Origin: an uncultured Chloroflexia bacterium
GTDB lineage: Bacteria > Chloroflexota > Anaerolineae > Anaerolineales > UBA11858
NCBI GenBank assembly: GCA_963824175.1
Contig: CAWGOD010000016.1
Location: forward strand, 43,103-107,102
DNA: 64,000 nt
Direction: 5' to 3'
Part shown: positions 27,326-39,770 of the stretch, in pieces
Layout of the letters: each line of letters begins with the position of its first letter
Position numbering within the stretch: the first letter of the stretch is position 1
Notes under the pieces: model-generated
Databases searched by the model: none
Told to the model about the DNA's origin: nothing
The model's input: only the letters and a program-made list of their open reading frames with translations
Translations under genes and position numbers: made by a program

Positions 27326-27868
27326 ATGGAAGAAACCAGTATTATCATTTCTGGCTTTGGTGGCCAGGGCACATTATTCGCCGGACAGGTATTGGCCTAT
27401 GCATCAATGGATAACGGCTTGGAAGTTACCTGGATTCCATCTTATGGTCCAGAGATGCGAGGCGGAACCGCCCACTGCACAGTGATCATCAGTGAGGAAG
27501 CCATTGGATCCCCCCTGGTGAGAAACCCTGATGTGGTCCTGGCTCTGAATTTACCATCCGTGGACAAATATGAGTATTTGGTCCCGGATAATGGCGTTTT
27601 AGTGGCCAATTCATCCCTTTTCAACCGCGAGATAGAGCGCAAAGGCATCCAGGCGCTATTAATTCCCGCCAATGAGATCGCAGAGGAACTTGGCATGGTC
27701 CGACTAGCAAACATGATCATGATGGGAGCCATGTTAGCTATGAAACCAATCCTGCCCCTGGATGCAGTCAAAACAGCCCTCGAGCAGCATATCCCAGAGA
27801 GGCACAAGAAAACCCTTCCCATCAACTTTGAAGCCATGGACCGCGGGTTTGAGTTTGCGAAACAATAA
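27326..27868 (+). CDS. 2-oxoacid:ferredoxin oxidoreductase gamma subunit
   Basis: 180 aa with IISGFGGQGTLFAGQVLA...PSYGPEMRGGTAHCTV. Confidence 0.9.
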   Translation: MEETSIIISGFGGQGTLFAGQVLAYASMDNGLEVTWIPSYGPEMRGGTAHCTVIISEEAIGSPLVRNPDVVLALNLPSVDKYEYLVPDNGVLVANSSLFNREIERKGIQALLIPANEIAEELGMVRLANMIMMGAMLAMKPILPLDAVKTALEQHIPERHKKTLPINFEAMDRGFEFAKQ

Positions 27869-27903
27869 ATTAAGAGAGTGATGAATAAATTCACAGAGAA
27901 TTT

Positions 27904-27936
27904 AGGGACTGAGCCCTTCCAAAGGACTCAGTCCCT
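27904..27936. repeat. REP-like hairpin, copy 1 (AGGGACTGAGCCCTT-CCA-AAGGACTCAGTCCCT); probable terminator of the oxidoreductase operon
   Basis: 15-bp arms with one mismatch, followed by TTTGTGTT. The same sequence family occurs at 28797, 37331 and 46600. Confidence 0.7.
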
Positions 27937-28021
27937 TTGTGTTAAACAAAAAGGATACAGCCTCCTCAAAGGAAGCCGTATCCTCATTTTGCATAACTCG
28001 CTACTAAGGGATAATTTTCCC

Positions 28022-28700
28022 TTAAGTTGCATCCGGAATCGGCTCAGCAGGAAGTTCTCCTCCCGGAGCAGCAACTTTATACGCCTGTCCCATCAAGTGG
28101 GAATTAAATAGGATTGCGTAGGCAGTTGTTACTGCTATACCGATCCCACAGGCGACAGTACCCAAGGGGACAATGATATACGACAGCAGCATTCCCAAAA
28201 ACACCAATCCATAATTTCCAAGGTTATCTTTCACAATTTTGAAGATCTCTCCGAGTTTGAACACTGATCCAAACTCTCCACTGGCCGCGTAATTGCCCAG
28301 CGCTGCAGGAAGGATAAGTGAGACGCCGAGCCCGTAAAGGATATACAGACAGCTCAGGCATGAGGTCAGGATCCAGATCAATGGTGCTGCAAAATCCTCA
28401 CCCATATTTCCGAGCAGAGTACCAGCTCCCGCATTGCAAGCACCAAGGACAGTGATCGGTAGGTTATAGATAAATATCACCAAAAGAATTCAAAAGACCC
28501 TTCACAAAATACTGCCCAAATTCACTCCAATCGGGAAGCGGTTCCGGCTCTTCTTTGATTACCCGTCTGATCACTTCAAGTCCCCAACCGAGGACAGGGA
28601 TAATCCCAATCACAGTTAAACACAAAACGCTGGCCACGGCCAGTTTTTTCACCCAGTCTTCATCTTCAAAGACATACGAAAAAGCTAATCCAAAATCCAT
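28022..28700 (-). CDS. DUF4013-like membrane protein, frame-disrupted near 28470
   Basis: MDFGLAFSYVFEDEDWVKKLAV... starts at ATG 28700 after AGGAGAG and continues in track ORF 28022-28483. Length is 3n+1. Confidence 0.6.
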
Positions 28701-28796
28701 CTTTTCTCTCCTTTCGTGTTTACGAAGAATGATAACGATCAACTCCTTGAATCATAACATGGAATAAAAGTTAGAGGCAATGTCATTAACAAAAAA

Positions 28797-28830
28797 AGGG
28801 ACTGAGTCCTTTTAGAAGGACTCAGTCCCT
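28797..28830. repeat. REP-like hairpin, copy 2 (AGGGACTGAGTCCTT-TTAG-AAGGACTCAGTCCCT); terminator of ppdK
   Basis: Perfect 15-bp arms. The A-run at 28791-28797 gives a T-run after the hairpin on the minus strand, 29 nt after the ppdK stop. Confidence 0.75.
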
Positions 28831-28858
28831 ATAAGCTCAGGGAGCTATATGGATAAAC

Positions 28859-31600
<2,742 letters not shown>

Positions 31601-31633
31601 AATATACCTCCTGCTAAATTACACAATTACAAA

Positions 31634-31670
31634 ATACAACACTTGGAGGGGGTGCCTCCAAGCGTTGTAT
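31634..31670 (-). terminator. Rho-independent terminator downstream of the GH13 gene
   Basis: ATACAACACTTGGAGG-GGGTG-CCTCCAAGCGTTGTAT (one mismatch), with a T-rich tract on the minus strand. Confidence 0.7.
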
Positions 31671-31722
31671 TTTACCATTTATTTTTCTATTTGCTCCGTA
31701 TTTCGAGCGAAATAATTTCGAC

Positions 31723-33117
31723 TCAGGTGATCCAAAAAACACTCCAGGGCTCTATGCTTATATTTACATCAGTGCCAGCGACAATGAATTCCTGGTTGGA
31801 TAACAGATCACTGATGATCCTGCCATCTCCCCACCGCAGATCAGACACCGGTATCTTGAAGTTGCGTCGCGTACCACTGGCATTCATGATAGTGAGCAGG
31901 CTCTCTTCTCCCATTGTCCTGGCAAAGGCATATATTCCCTTTTTTCCGTCCACTTCAACTTCTCGATAAGAACCTCTGCGCAACACCGGTCTCTTCTTGC
32001 GGATGTTGATCAACTGTTGTAGATATTTATGTAGATCGCGGTCCCAATCATTTTCATTCCAGGGAAACGCTTTACGGCAATCCGGGTCTTTCCCCCCATC
32101 CAAACCTACTTCATCTCCATAATATATCGCAGGAGCGCCGGGATAGGCCATCAGGAATGTATAAGCCATTTCCAATTTCTTTTGATCTCCACCCAGTTCG
32201 GTTTTGATCCGGACAGTGTCATGTGAACCAAGGGTGTTGTACATCGCATAAACGTTTTCCCGGTCATACTGGTTCAATTGCCGATTGACCATTTCAGAGA
32301 ATTCATCAGCAGATAATTTATTGGTCAAGAGTCCTATCACACCGTCCCTGACTGGATAATTCATCAAACCATCAAAACTTCTTGGACCGACCCATTTTGG
32401 ATCTCCATCCCAGATCTCCCCTACCAGATAGGCATCAGGGTTTTCTGATTTCACAACCTCTCTGAATTCTTCCCAGAAGGTTTCATCATCAATTTCATTT
32501 GGGACATCAAGACGCCAGCCATCAGCGCCCAGGCGGATCCAATATCTGGCAACATCAAAGATATATTTCCGGACCCGGGGATTGTCCGTATTGAATTTGG
32601 GTAAACTCTTAAACTTCCACCATGCCTCGTAGTCATCTGCATCCCCGGGAGAATACGCATCCGGCGGCACGTTATTGAGGTGGAACCAATCAATATATGG
32701 TGAATGACTTTGATTTTCGAGGACATCATTGAAAGCGAAAAACCCTCTTCCGCAGTGATTAAATACACCATCAATCACGATCTTAATACCATTTTGGTGA
32801 GCGACATCCAGCAGGGCTTGAAAATCTTTTGTTGTTCCGAGCTTGAAATCGATCTTGAGATAATCACTGATATTATAGCGATGGTTGGAAGTAGCCTGGA
32901 AAATGGGATTAAAATAGATCGCTGTTATACCCAGATCCAGCAAATAATCCAACTTCTGGATCACACCTCGAAGATCTCCTCCCTGGAAATCCCAAATAGT
33001 TGGTTTTTCTCCCCAAGCCTGGGTTGTTGTAGGGTCATTTCCGGGATCGCTGTTATAAAACCGATCAGGAAAGATCTGGTAGAAAATTGAATCTTGAACC
33101 CAATAAGGCACCGTCAT
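31723..33117 (-). CDS. Glycoside hydrolase family 13 alpha-amylase-type enzyme (alpha-glucosidase/neopullulanase-like)
   Basis: 464 aa with GH13 conserved regions DGVFNHCG, GWRLDVPNEI, GEIWD and LGSHD. Confidence 0.88.
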   Translation of the reverse strand: MTVPYWVQDSIFYQIFPDRFYNSDPGNDPTTTQAWGEKPTIWDFQGGDLRGVIQKLDYLLDLGITAIYFNPIFQATSNHRYNISDYLKIDFKLGTTKDFQALLDVAHQNGIKIVIDGVFNHCGRGFFAFNDVLENQSHSPYIDWFHLNNVPPDAYSPGDADDYEAWWKFKSLPKFNTDNPRVRKYIFDVARYWIRLGADGWRLDVPNEIDDETFWEEFREVVKSENPDAYLVGEIWDGDPKWVGPRSFDGLMNYPVRDGVIGLLTNKLSADEFSEMVNRQLNQYDRENVYAMYNTLGSHDTVRIKTELGGDQKKLEMAYTFLMAYPGAPAIYYGDEVGLDGGKDPDCRKAFPWNENDWDRDLHKYLQQLINIRKKRPVLRRGSYREVEVDGKKGIYAFARTMGEESLLTIMNASGTRRNFKIPVSDLRWGDGRIISDLLSNQEFIVAGTDVNISIEPWSVFWIT

Positions 33118-33218
33118 AAGATAATTAATTCCTCCCGATTAGATTACATCCAGGGGCAATTGTATCATTCCCACCGGCCATGCAGTTAACAAACTCTCAA
33201 ACTATTCCGCCTGATTAT

Positions 33219-34079
33219 TCAGGTTGAATAATGATCCAGGACAGTCCGGATCTGGGATCGATATCCCCTGCCAAACAAATTAAGATGATTTAGTAAATGG
33301 TAGATATTGTAGAGTGAAAATCGGGAGCGATAGCCTGGCTCAAGGGGGTTTATCTCAGTATAAACCCTAAAAAACTCATCCGGATAATGGCCGAACAGAT
33401 CCGCCATCGCCAGGTCCGCTTCTGCCCAACCATAATATACTGCCGGATCGATCAGGGCGGGTTTTCCATCTTGGTTTGTGATCAAATTTCCGCTCCATAA
33501 ATCCCCATGGATTAATGACGCTGGCTGCTCTGGAATCAATTCAGGCAGCCGCATCAGCAGGATCTCCAACCTGTGGAGATCCTTGGTATCCAGCAGGGAT
33601 CGGTCATTGGCCCATTTGATCTGGTTCCTGAGCCGCATTTCCTGGAAAAATTCCCAACCGTTCTCCATCCAGGTGTTTTGCTGGGGATTGCTGCCAATAT
33701 AATTATCACTTTCAAAACCAAATCTGGGATTCTGCTGCATATGCACCGCAGCCAGCTGCCGTCCATAAATCTGCCAAAAGTCTTTGCAGCGCGGGGCAGG
33801 TTGCAGATCACTCAGCAGCAGGTATCCTTCCCCCACCAGATATACCTCAGGGATCACTGGTCCCCCATCAACTCTCAACGCTTCAAGTCCCTCTGCTTCT
33901 CGCAGGAACACATCGGTATACTTTCCAGGATCTTGTTTCAGGAAAAAACCCTCACCGGATGCTGTTTGGATCCTCAAGGCTTGATGGATACAACCCCCAC
34001 TTACTGGATCAACGGAAGTGATATCCCCAAGCTGGTTCTTATTTATCCAATCCTGGACATCAGAATGTACTTGTTTCAC
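33219..34079 (-). CDS. Fructosamine/ketosamine-3-kinase family protein
   Basis: 286 aa with the kinase-like motifs LIHGDLWSGN and DPAVYYG. Confidence 0.85.
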   Translation of the reverse strand: MKQVHSDVQDWINKNQLGDITSVDPVSGGCIHQALRIQTASGEGFFLKQDPGKYTDVFLREAEGLEALRVDGGPVIPEVYLVGEGYLLLSDLQPAPRCKDFWQIYGRQLAAVHMQQNPRFGFESDNYIGSNPQQNTWMENGWEFFQEMRLRNQIKWANDRSLLDTKDLHRLEILLMRLPELIPEQPASLIHGDLWSGNLITNQDGKPALIDPAVYYGWAEADLAMADLFGHYPDEFFRVYTEINPLEPGYRSRFSLYNIYHLLNHLNLFGRGYRSQIRTVLDHYST

Positions 34080-34536
34080 TTTCCAAGGCCTCCAATAAAC
34101 CCTGACAGGACCTTTTCACTATCTCGAAAGTCTTATCAAACCCGTCCAATCCACCATAATAGGGATCTGGCACATCCATCCTGGCGCTGCCCTGGGGATC
34201 GAATTCCCGCATCATGCGGATCTTCTTTTCTTCTTCTGTAGAAGCCCAGCTACTAAGGATTCGCAGATTAGATCGATCCATAACAATGATCAGATCGTGT
34301 TGATCGAACTCATCTCTCATGTACTGTCTGGCTTTTCCAGTGTACTGGAAACCTTTCTCCTGGGCCACCTGGCGCATTCGATGATCAGGGAGTTCGCCGA
34401 CATGGTAGGCAGATGTTCCGGCAGAGTCCAATTGGTATTTTTCTCCCACTCCCCTCTCCTGGGCTAAGTGGCGGAACATATTTTCGGCCAGTGGACTGCG
34501 AATGATATTTCCCTGGCAAACAAAGATTATCCTCAT
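34060..34536 (-). CDS. Low-molecular-weight protein-tyrosine phosphatase
   Basis: MRIIFVCQGNIIRSP (CX5R-S P-loop) and DVPDPYYG. The start at ATG 34536 follows GGAGGA. The gene overlaps the kinase gene by 20 nt. Confidence 0.88.
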   Translation of the reverse strand: MRIIFVCQGNIIRSPLAENMFRHLAQERGVGEKYQLDSAGTSAYHVGELPDHRMRQVAQEKGFQYTGKARQYMRDEFDQHDLIIVMDRSNLRILSSWASTEEEKKIRMMREFDPQGSARMDVPDPYYGGLDGFDKTFEIVKRSCQGLLEALESETSTF

Positions 34537-34630
34537 AATAGATCCTCCTGCCATTATATGCTACCACTTTTGATTTATCGTAATCCATAAAGGGATTTCA
34601 CCCTTAAAAATCTCCCCCTATCTCATGGGT

Positions 34631-34658
34631 TTGCCTGTTGAGAAGTTTCGTGTATAAT
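34631..34658 (+). promoter_or_regulatory. Candidate promoter TTGCCT-16-TGTATAAT (extended -10) at the head of a non-coding region
   Basis: -35 at 34631-34636, TG at 34651-34652 and -10 TATAAT at 34653-34658. Confidence 0.5.
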
Positions 34659-34664
34659 AAGCAC

Positions 34665-35065
34665 AAGTTCAGGAAGATAGACTCCTGAACGATAAAAATG
34701 AAACTAAGAATGTTTTGATCAAAAAGTCAAAACAAAAAACCGGGTTGGGGATCAGATTTTTCCATAATGAGCTTGACATAAAGGAAAAATCATCAGAAGT
34801 GAACCTCCCCACCCCCTAAATATAAGGGTCGCCATAGGTTAGACCAGCGGCCGCGGTACTAATAAAACGATCTACCATCACAAAGTGGTATTGAACTAAG
34901 TTACACATTGGCATATTGACTATTTACCAAGTGAAGCAGTCTATCGCTAGGTATTCAAGAGTACATTCGACTTCAAAAATGTCCTAGCGTACCACAGTAA
35001 AGTGTTTGGATCAGAACGTTATATCAGCCAGCCGTGGCCAAAGATGGCGTCAACACGGCTGTTTT
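34665..35065 (+). other. About 400-nt AT-rich non-coding stretch; candidate structured RNA or long leader of recX-rny
   Basis: There is no ORF of 60 codons or more on either strand, and stops occur in all frames. Hairpins lie at 34667-34690 (GTTCAGGA/TCCTGAAC), 34712-34733 (GTTTTGA/TCAAAAC) and 35029-35061 (CAGCCGTG/CACGGCTG followed by TTTT). No match to tmRNA, RNase P or 6S signatures that I can recognise. Confidence 0.35.
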
Positions 35066-35694
35066 ATGTTAAACTGTAACAAGGCTGGAACGACAGAAGA
35101 AAAATCCCCAGCGACTTAACGTTTATCTGGATGGTGAGTTTGCCTTCGGGATTTCCCGGGCTGCTGCACCCTGGCTGGCAGAGGGAAACCAACTCAGCCA
35201 ACAGAAGATAAACGATCTGCAGGAAAAGGACCACTTTGAGGGGGCCTACCAACGTGCGATAAATTTCCTCAGTTATAGAATCCGGTCTGAAAAGGAAATC
35301 CGCCAGAACTTGACCAAACACGAAGTCCCTGAAGATATCATTGAGAGGGTTTTAGGTAAGCTGCGGGGGGCTTCTCTTGTAAATGACCAGGATTTCGCTT
35401 CTCGATGGGTGGAAAATCGGGTCCAGTTCAAACCCCGTGGAAAAAGAGCTCTTTCCTCAGAATTATTTCAAAAAGGCATTAATAACGAGATCATCGAAGA
35501 CGTCCTGGCAGAGCTCGATGAAGAAGAACTGGCATTTCAAGTGTGCCCGTTCCAGAATTACGAAATTTACCGGTTTGGAGGAAAAAGCCTTTCAGAAGAA
35601 ACTCTCAGGCTTGCTTACCAGGCGCGGTTTTCCGTATCACATCACCAAAGATGTTGTAGGTACTCTCTGGAAAGAGATGGAAAAGGAATTATAA
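35066..35694 (+). pseudogene. recX: Recombination regulator RecX, disrupted by two +1 shifts (about 35075 and 35545)
   Basis: ATG 35066 (MLN) joins ...VTRLERQKKNPQRLNVYLDGEFAFGIS...IRQNLTKHEVPEDIIERVL...ASRWVENR... and then ...ARSRITKFTGLEEKAFQKKLSGLLTRRGFPYHITKDVV...* across three frames. Length is 3n+2. Confidence 0.75.
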
Positions 35695-35751
35695 ACTTTT
35701 ATCAATATATACCCATGATCGCAGACTGGATCAGAGAAAAGGGGCAAGAAA

Positions 35752-37278
35752 ATGAATGGATATCAAATAATTATCGGTGTTGTCGCGCTCGTTTTGGGAG
35801 CCGTAATTGGATTTTTTATCAAAAACTACCTGGCCACCAAGGAGGCAGAAGATAAACAAAACAAAGCCAACCAGCTTCTCAACGAAGCCGAAAGAAAATC
35901 AACAGAAGTAGTCAAAGAATCCCAGGACCGGGCTATAGAGATCGTCCAGACCGCGGAAAAGGAAGCTCACGAACGTAGAACAGAGATTACCCGCAACGAA
36001 GAACGACTCCAGAGCCGCAGTGACCAACTGGACAAACGAGCTGAAAAGATCGAAGACCGAGAACATACCATCAGTCAGCGGCAGAGCGCTTTGGATAAAA
36101 GAGCCAACCAAGTGGACGAAATGCATGCTAACGTGGCGAACGAATTGGAAAAGGTCAGCCAAATGACACAGGCTGAAGCCAAAGAACTGCTCCTGGATCG
36201 GGTAGAACAAGAAGCCCGCAACGATATGTCCCGCATTGTTCGTGAAATCGAAGCCGAAGCCCAGGAACAGGGAGAACGCAAAGCCCGCAAGTTAATAGCA
36301 GATGCCATCCAACGAGTGGCATCAGACCATGTGGAAGAAGTGACTTCCTCCACCATCCCCCTGCCATCAGATGACATGAAAGGACGAATTATCGGCCGAA
36401 ATGGACGCAACATCCGGGCTTTTGAGAAAGCAGCTGGTGTGGACGTGATCGTAGATGATACACCGGAATCGATCACAATTTCCTGTTTTGACTCTGTACG
36501 TCGTGAAGTTGCTAAAAATGCCATGCAAAAACTGGTCCTCGATGGCCGGATCCATCCCGCACACATCGAAACGATCATTGAAAAAGAACAGGAAAATCTT
36601 GATAAAGTGATCATGGAAGCAGGTGAGCAAGCCGCCTATGAAGCCGGCGTACCTGGCCTGCAGACCGATATTCTCAAAACACTAGGGCGATTAAAATTCC
36701 GCACCTCATACGGCCAGAACCAGTTGGCCCACGCAGTGGAATCCGCTCAGCTAGCCTCTGTTCTGGCTTCTGAAATGGGTGCAAATGTGGAAATCGCCAA
36801 AGCAGGTGGTTTACTGCACGATCTCGGAAAAGCCATGGACCATAACGTGGAAGGCACTCATGCCCAGATCGGAGCTGAATTCGCCGAACGGCATGGTGTT
36901 GGCTCCAAGGTTGTAAATGCCATTGCCTCCCACCATCATGAGGTTGAGCAAGAATCTGTGGAAGCTATAATCGTGGAAGCGGCAGACGCCATTTCTGGCG
37001 CCCGACCTGGTGCTCGCAGGGAAAGCCTGGAGATGTACCTGAAACGCGTTCGGGCCCTGGAAGATGTGGCCAATTCCTATGATGGAGTCAAAAGCAGCTA
37101 TGCCCTGCAGGCTGGCCGTGAAGTTCGTATCTTTGTCCGCCCCAACCAGGTGGATGATCTGGCAGCCTCCCGCCTGGCCCGTGATATTTCCAAGACCATC
37201 GAGGAAACCATGCAGTATCCTGGCAAGATCAAGGTTACCGTGATCCGGGAAACAAGAACTGTAGATTACGCGAAGTAG
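35752..37278 (+). CDS. rny: Ribonuclease Y
   Basis: 508 aa with an N-terminal TM helix, a coiled coil, a KH domain (GRIIGRNGRNIRAFE) and an HD domain (GGLLHDLGKA...HH). Confidence 0.95.
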   Translation: MNGYQIIIGVVALVLGAVIGFFIKNYLATKEAEDKQNKANQLLNEAERKSTEVVKESQDRAIEIVQTAEKEAHERRTEITRNEERLQSRSDQLDKRAEKIEDREHTISQRQSALDKRANQVDEMHANVANELEKVSQMTQAEAKELLLDRVEQEARNDMSRIVREIEAEAQEQGERKARKLIADAIQRVASDHVEEVTSSTIPLPSDDMKGRIIGRNGRNIRAFEKAAGVDVIVDDTPESITISCFDSVRREVAKNAMQKLVLDGRIHPAHIETIIEKEQENLDKVIMEAGEQAAYEAGVPGLQTDILKTLGRLKFRTSYGQNQLAHAVESAQLASVLASEMGANVEIAKAGGLLHDLGKAMDHNVEGTHAQIGAEFAERHGVGSKVVNAIASHHHEVEQESVEAIIVEAADAISGARPGARRESLEMYLKRVRALEDVANSYDGVKSSYALQAGREVRIFVRPNQVDDLAASRLARDISKTIEETMQYPGKIKVTVIRETRTVDYAK

Positions 37279-37290
37279 AGTGAATAAGAA

Positions 37291-37320
37291 GCCTCCTGGA
37301 GTTATTAAGCTCCAGGAGGC
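37291..37320 (+). terminator. Hairpin after rny (GCCTCCTGGAG-TTATTAAG-CTCCAGGAGGC), no clear U-tract
   Basis: Perfect 11-bp stem 13 nt after the rny stop. Confidence 0.5.
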
Positions 37321-37330
37321 TATGATGAAG

Positions 37331-37364
37331 AGGGATTGAGTCCTGTCAAAAGGAATCAGTCCCT
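37331..37364. repeat. REP-like hairpin, copy 3 (AGGGATTGAGTCCT-GTCAAA-AGGAATCAGTCCCT)
   Basis: 14-nt arms with one mismatch and one G-U pair, between the convergent ends of rny and the MBL hydrolase gene. Confidence 0.65.
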
Positions 37365-37371
37365 TTCCTGC

Positions 37372-38026
37372 TTAAAGCACAGATCCCACAAAAGGATTCC
37401 CGGTTTTTTCCGCTCCCACCGTTGTTTCTGGGCCATGGCCGGATTAGATCCGGGTATCATCCGGAAGCGGGAGCACCCAGGTTTTTATCGAATCCATCAG
37501 GATTTCATAACTGCCGCCCAGCAGATCTGTCCGCCCAATTCCCTGCATGAAGATCACATCCCCGCTGAAGAGCACCTTTTCTTCAGGGCAGTGGAAAATC
37601 ACATGGCCTGTAGAATGACCTGGTGTGTGGTGGACAACAAACTTATAGTTTCCCAGGGAAAGGATTTCTCCCTCCTCGAATTCGTGGTCTGGTTTAGGAG
37701 CTGATTTGATATGTAATTCCAAACATCATCGCCCCCCCCTTGACCTTCCAGAGGGTTTTATCTTTGGGGTGTAAACCTACAAAAAAACCTTCCTGTTTAT
37801 CCGGTCCCAAAGCCTCAAGCAAATCCGCCAAACCACCAAAATGGTCAAAGTGGGCATGGGTTAGCCAAATGCTTTGGATTTGCCAGCCTCCTTTTTTTAT
37901 CTCCTCAGCCAGGAATTTCCCATCCCAGGCCGGATCGATCACCACTGCCTGATTTGTGTCTGGGTCTCCAACCAGGTAAGTGTTCGTTGCAACTGGTCCC
38001 AATACCCATTTCTCGATCTGCAGCAT
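37372..38026 (-). pseudogene. MBL-fold metallo-hydrolase (hydroxyacylglutathione hydrolase-like) with one frameshift (about 37705) and one in-frame TAA (37444-37446)
   Basis: Contains THAHFDH and HHTPGHSTGH. After ...LPDDTRI the same frame reads TAA and then SGHGPETTVGAEKTGNPFVGSVL*. The stop sits where I expect Tyr/Pro from the usual ...(Y/x)PGHGP... pattern of this family (from memory). Confidence 0.75.
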
Positions 38027-38161
38027 AATCTCCTCTCACTTGATACTAGTAGGATTTATACGGATTTATTATAGCCGAGAACTGCCTAAAATCATTTGGG
38101 TTGAGGGTCAAGGCATGTTACACTACTTCTATCAAAAAGCCATAAACTCAGGAGACAATAC

Positions 38162-39538
38162 ATGTCATTCCATCCCCCAGAACCTTTCCGAATCAAGATG
38201 ATTGAACCCATTCATTTGATCGAAAAACCTGATCGGGAAAAAGCACTCAAAAGAGCCGGGTACAATATCTTTGGCCTTAATTCAGACGAGGTTTTCATCG
38301 ACCTTTTAACCGATTCTGGAACCGGGGCTATGAGCCAGGATCAATGGAGCGGGATTATGTTGGGGGATGAGTCATACGCTGGGGCACGGTCCTATCATCG
38401 ATTGACCGATGCCATGAATGAGATCTTTGGATTCAAACATTTTGTGCCTACTCACCAGGGTCGTGCTGCTGAAAATATTCTCTGCGCGGTGATCCTCAAG
38501 GATGGCCAGTACGTTCCATCAAATATGCATTTTGATACAACGGAAGGCAATATCCGGGCCCGAGGCGGCCGCCCTACCAATTTGATTTGTGAAGAAGCTT
38601 TTGATGTCAGTGCCGATTTACCTTTCAAGGGCAATATGGACCTGGAAAAGCTGGAAAACTTCATTAACGAAGTAGGCCCAGATAATATCCCCCTTGGAAT
38701 GATCACCATCACCAATAATGCCGGAGGCGGACAGCCGGTCTCCCTAGAAAACCTGCGCGGTGTATCAAAGATCTATAAGAAATACAAGATCCCATTTTTT
38801 ATCGATGCTTGCCGATTTGCGGAGAACTCCTATTTTATCAAGCTCCGTGAGCCCGGGTATGAAAATAAAAGCCCCCTGGAAATAGCTCAGGAGATCTTCA
38901 GTCTGGCTGACGGTGCCACCATGAGCGCTAAAAAGGACGCCATCGTCAATATCGGTGGTTTTCTGGCCACCAACGACCCAGAGATCTTCGAAAAGGTTAA
39001 GAACGAGTGTATTTTGCGGGAAGGTTTTATCACCTACGGCGGATTGGCAGGGCGGGATCTGGATGCGATTGCCATCGGTTTACGAGAAGGCCTTCAAGAA
39101 GATTACCTGGCTTACCGCCTGGGTCAGACCGGCTACCTGGTCAGCGAGTTGAAGAAGATCGGCATCCCGGTCATAGAACCTGCCGGAGGCCATGCCGTGT
39201 ATATCAACGCCGGGGAGCTGCTGCCCCACATTCCACAGAAAGAATTTCCCGGACAGGCCTTATCCGTAGAAATGTACCGCGAAGGGGCTATTCGTTCAGT
39301 GGAGCTGGGATCGGTGGCTTTTGCCTACCCTGATCCCGACAGCGGAGAAATGATCTATCCGGAGCTAGATCTGGTTCGCCTGGCCCTCCCCCGCCGGACC
39401 TACACCCAAAGCCACCTGGATTACGTGGTAGAGGTCATGGCCAGGATCTATAAGGGAAAGGATAAATTATCCGGCTACAGAATCATCAAACAGCCCAAAC
39501 TGATGAGGCATTTCTCGGCGGTATTTGAGCCTATCTAA
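38162..39538 (+). CDS. Beta-eliminating lyase of the tryptophanase / tyrosine phenol-lyase family (PLP-dependent)
   Basis: 458 aa with PEPFRIKMIEP, IDLLTDSGTGAMS, VPTHQGRAAENIL and the PLP-lysine region SAKKDAIVNIGG. Confidence 0.9.
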   Translation: MSFHPPEPFRIKMIEPIHLIEKPDREKALKRAGYNIFGLNSDEVFIDLLTDSGTGAMSQDQWSGIMLGDESYAGARSYHRLTDAMNEIFGFKHFVPTHQGRAAENILCAVILKDGQYVPSNMHFDTTEGNIRARGGRPTNLICEEAFDVSADLPFKGNMDLEKLENFINEVGPDNIPLGMITITNNAGGGQPVSLENLRGVSKIYKKYKIPFFIDACRFAENSYFIKLREPGYENKSPLEIAQEIFSLADGATMSAKKDAIVNIGGFLATNDPEIFEKVKNECILREGFITYGGLAGRDLDAIAIGLREGLQEDYLAYRLGQTGYLVSELKKIGIPVIEPAGGHAVYINAGELLPHIPQKEFPGQALSVEMYREGAIRSVELGSVAFAYPDPDSGEMIYPELDLVRLALPRRTYTQSHLDYVVEVMARIYKGKDKLSGYRIIKQPKLMRHFSAVFEPI

Positions 39539-39559
39539 AATAGCCAAAGATATTTGAAT

Positions 39560-39770
39560 ATGATCCCACAAAAAACATTCGGCCGGACAAGCCATCAAAG
39601 CACAAGAACCATCTTTGGAGCCGCAGCGCTCAGCACCGTGACCCAGGAAGAAGCTGACAGAACCCTGGAATTGCTCCTGGAATTTGGGATCAATCACATC
39701 GACACGGCCGCCAGATGACATCATGCAAGCTGATCTGAAGGAATTTGGGATCAAACCCCTCTTCACCTGA
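39560..39770 (+). pseudogene. Aldo/keto reductase remnant (N-terminal about 52 codons plus a short possible C-terminal tail)
   Basis: [52 protein letters not shown] matches the AKR N-terminus (…G.N.iDTA). Roughly 250 codons of body are missing. A shifted tail DIMQADLKEFGIKPLFT* ends at 39770. Confidence 0.6.

Noticed and set aside
33573-34241. 222-aa plus-strand ORF overlapping the fructosamine kinase and phosphatase genes.
   Set aside because: It is an antisense shadow ORF with no recognisable motifs. Both minus-strand genes have clear family signatures.
34838-34862. ACCAGCGGCCGCGGTACTAATA resembles the universal 16S rRNA 530-loop (GCCAGCAGCCGCGGTAATAC).
   Set aside because: The similarity is an isolated stretch of about 20 nt with mismatches, and no flanking rRNA-like sequence is present. 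It is most likely chance, as the match contains a GC-rich NotI-type palindrome.
36075-36614. 179-aa minus-strand ORF inside rny.
   Set aside because: It is an antisense shadow of RNase Y.
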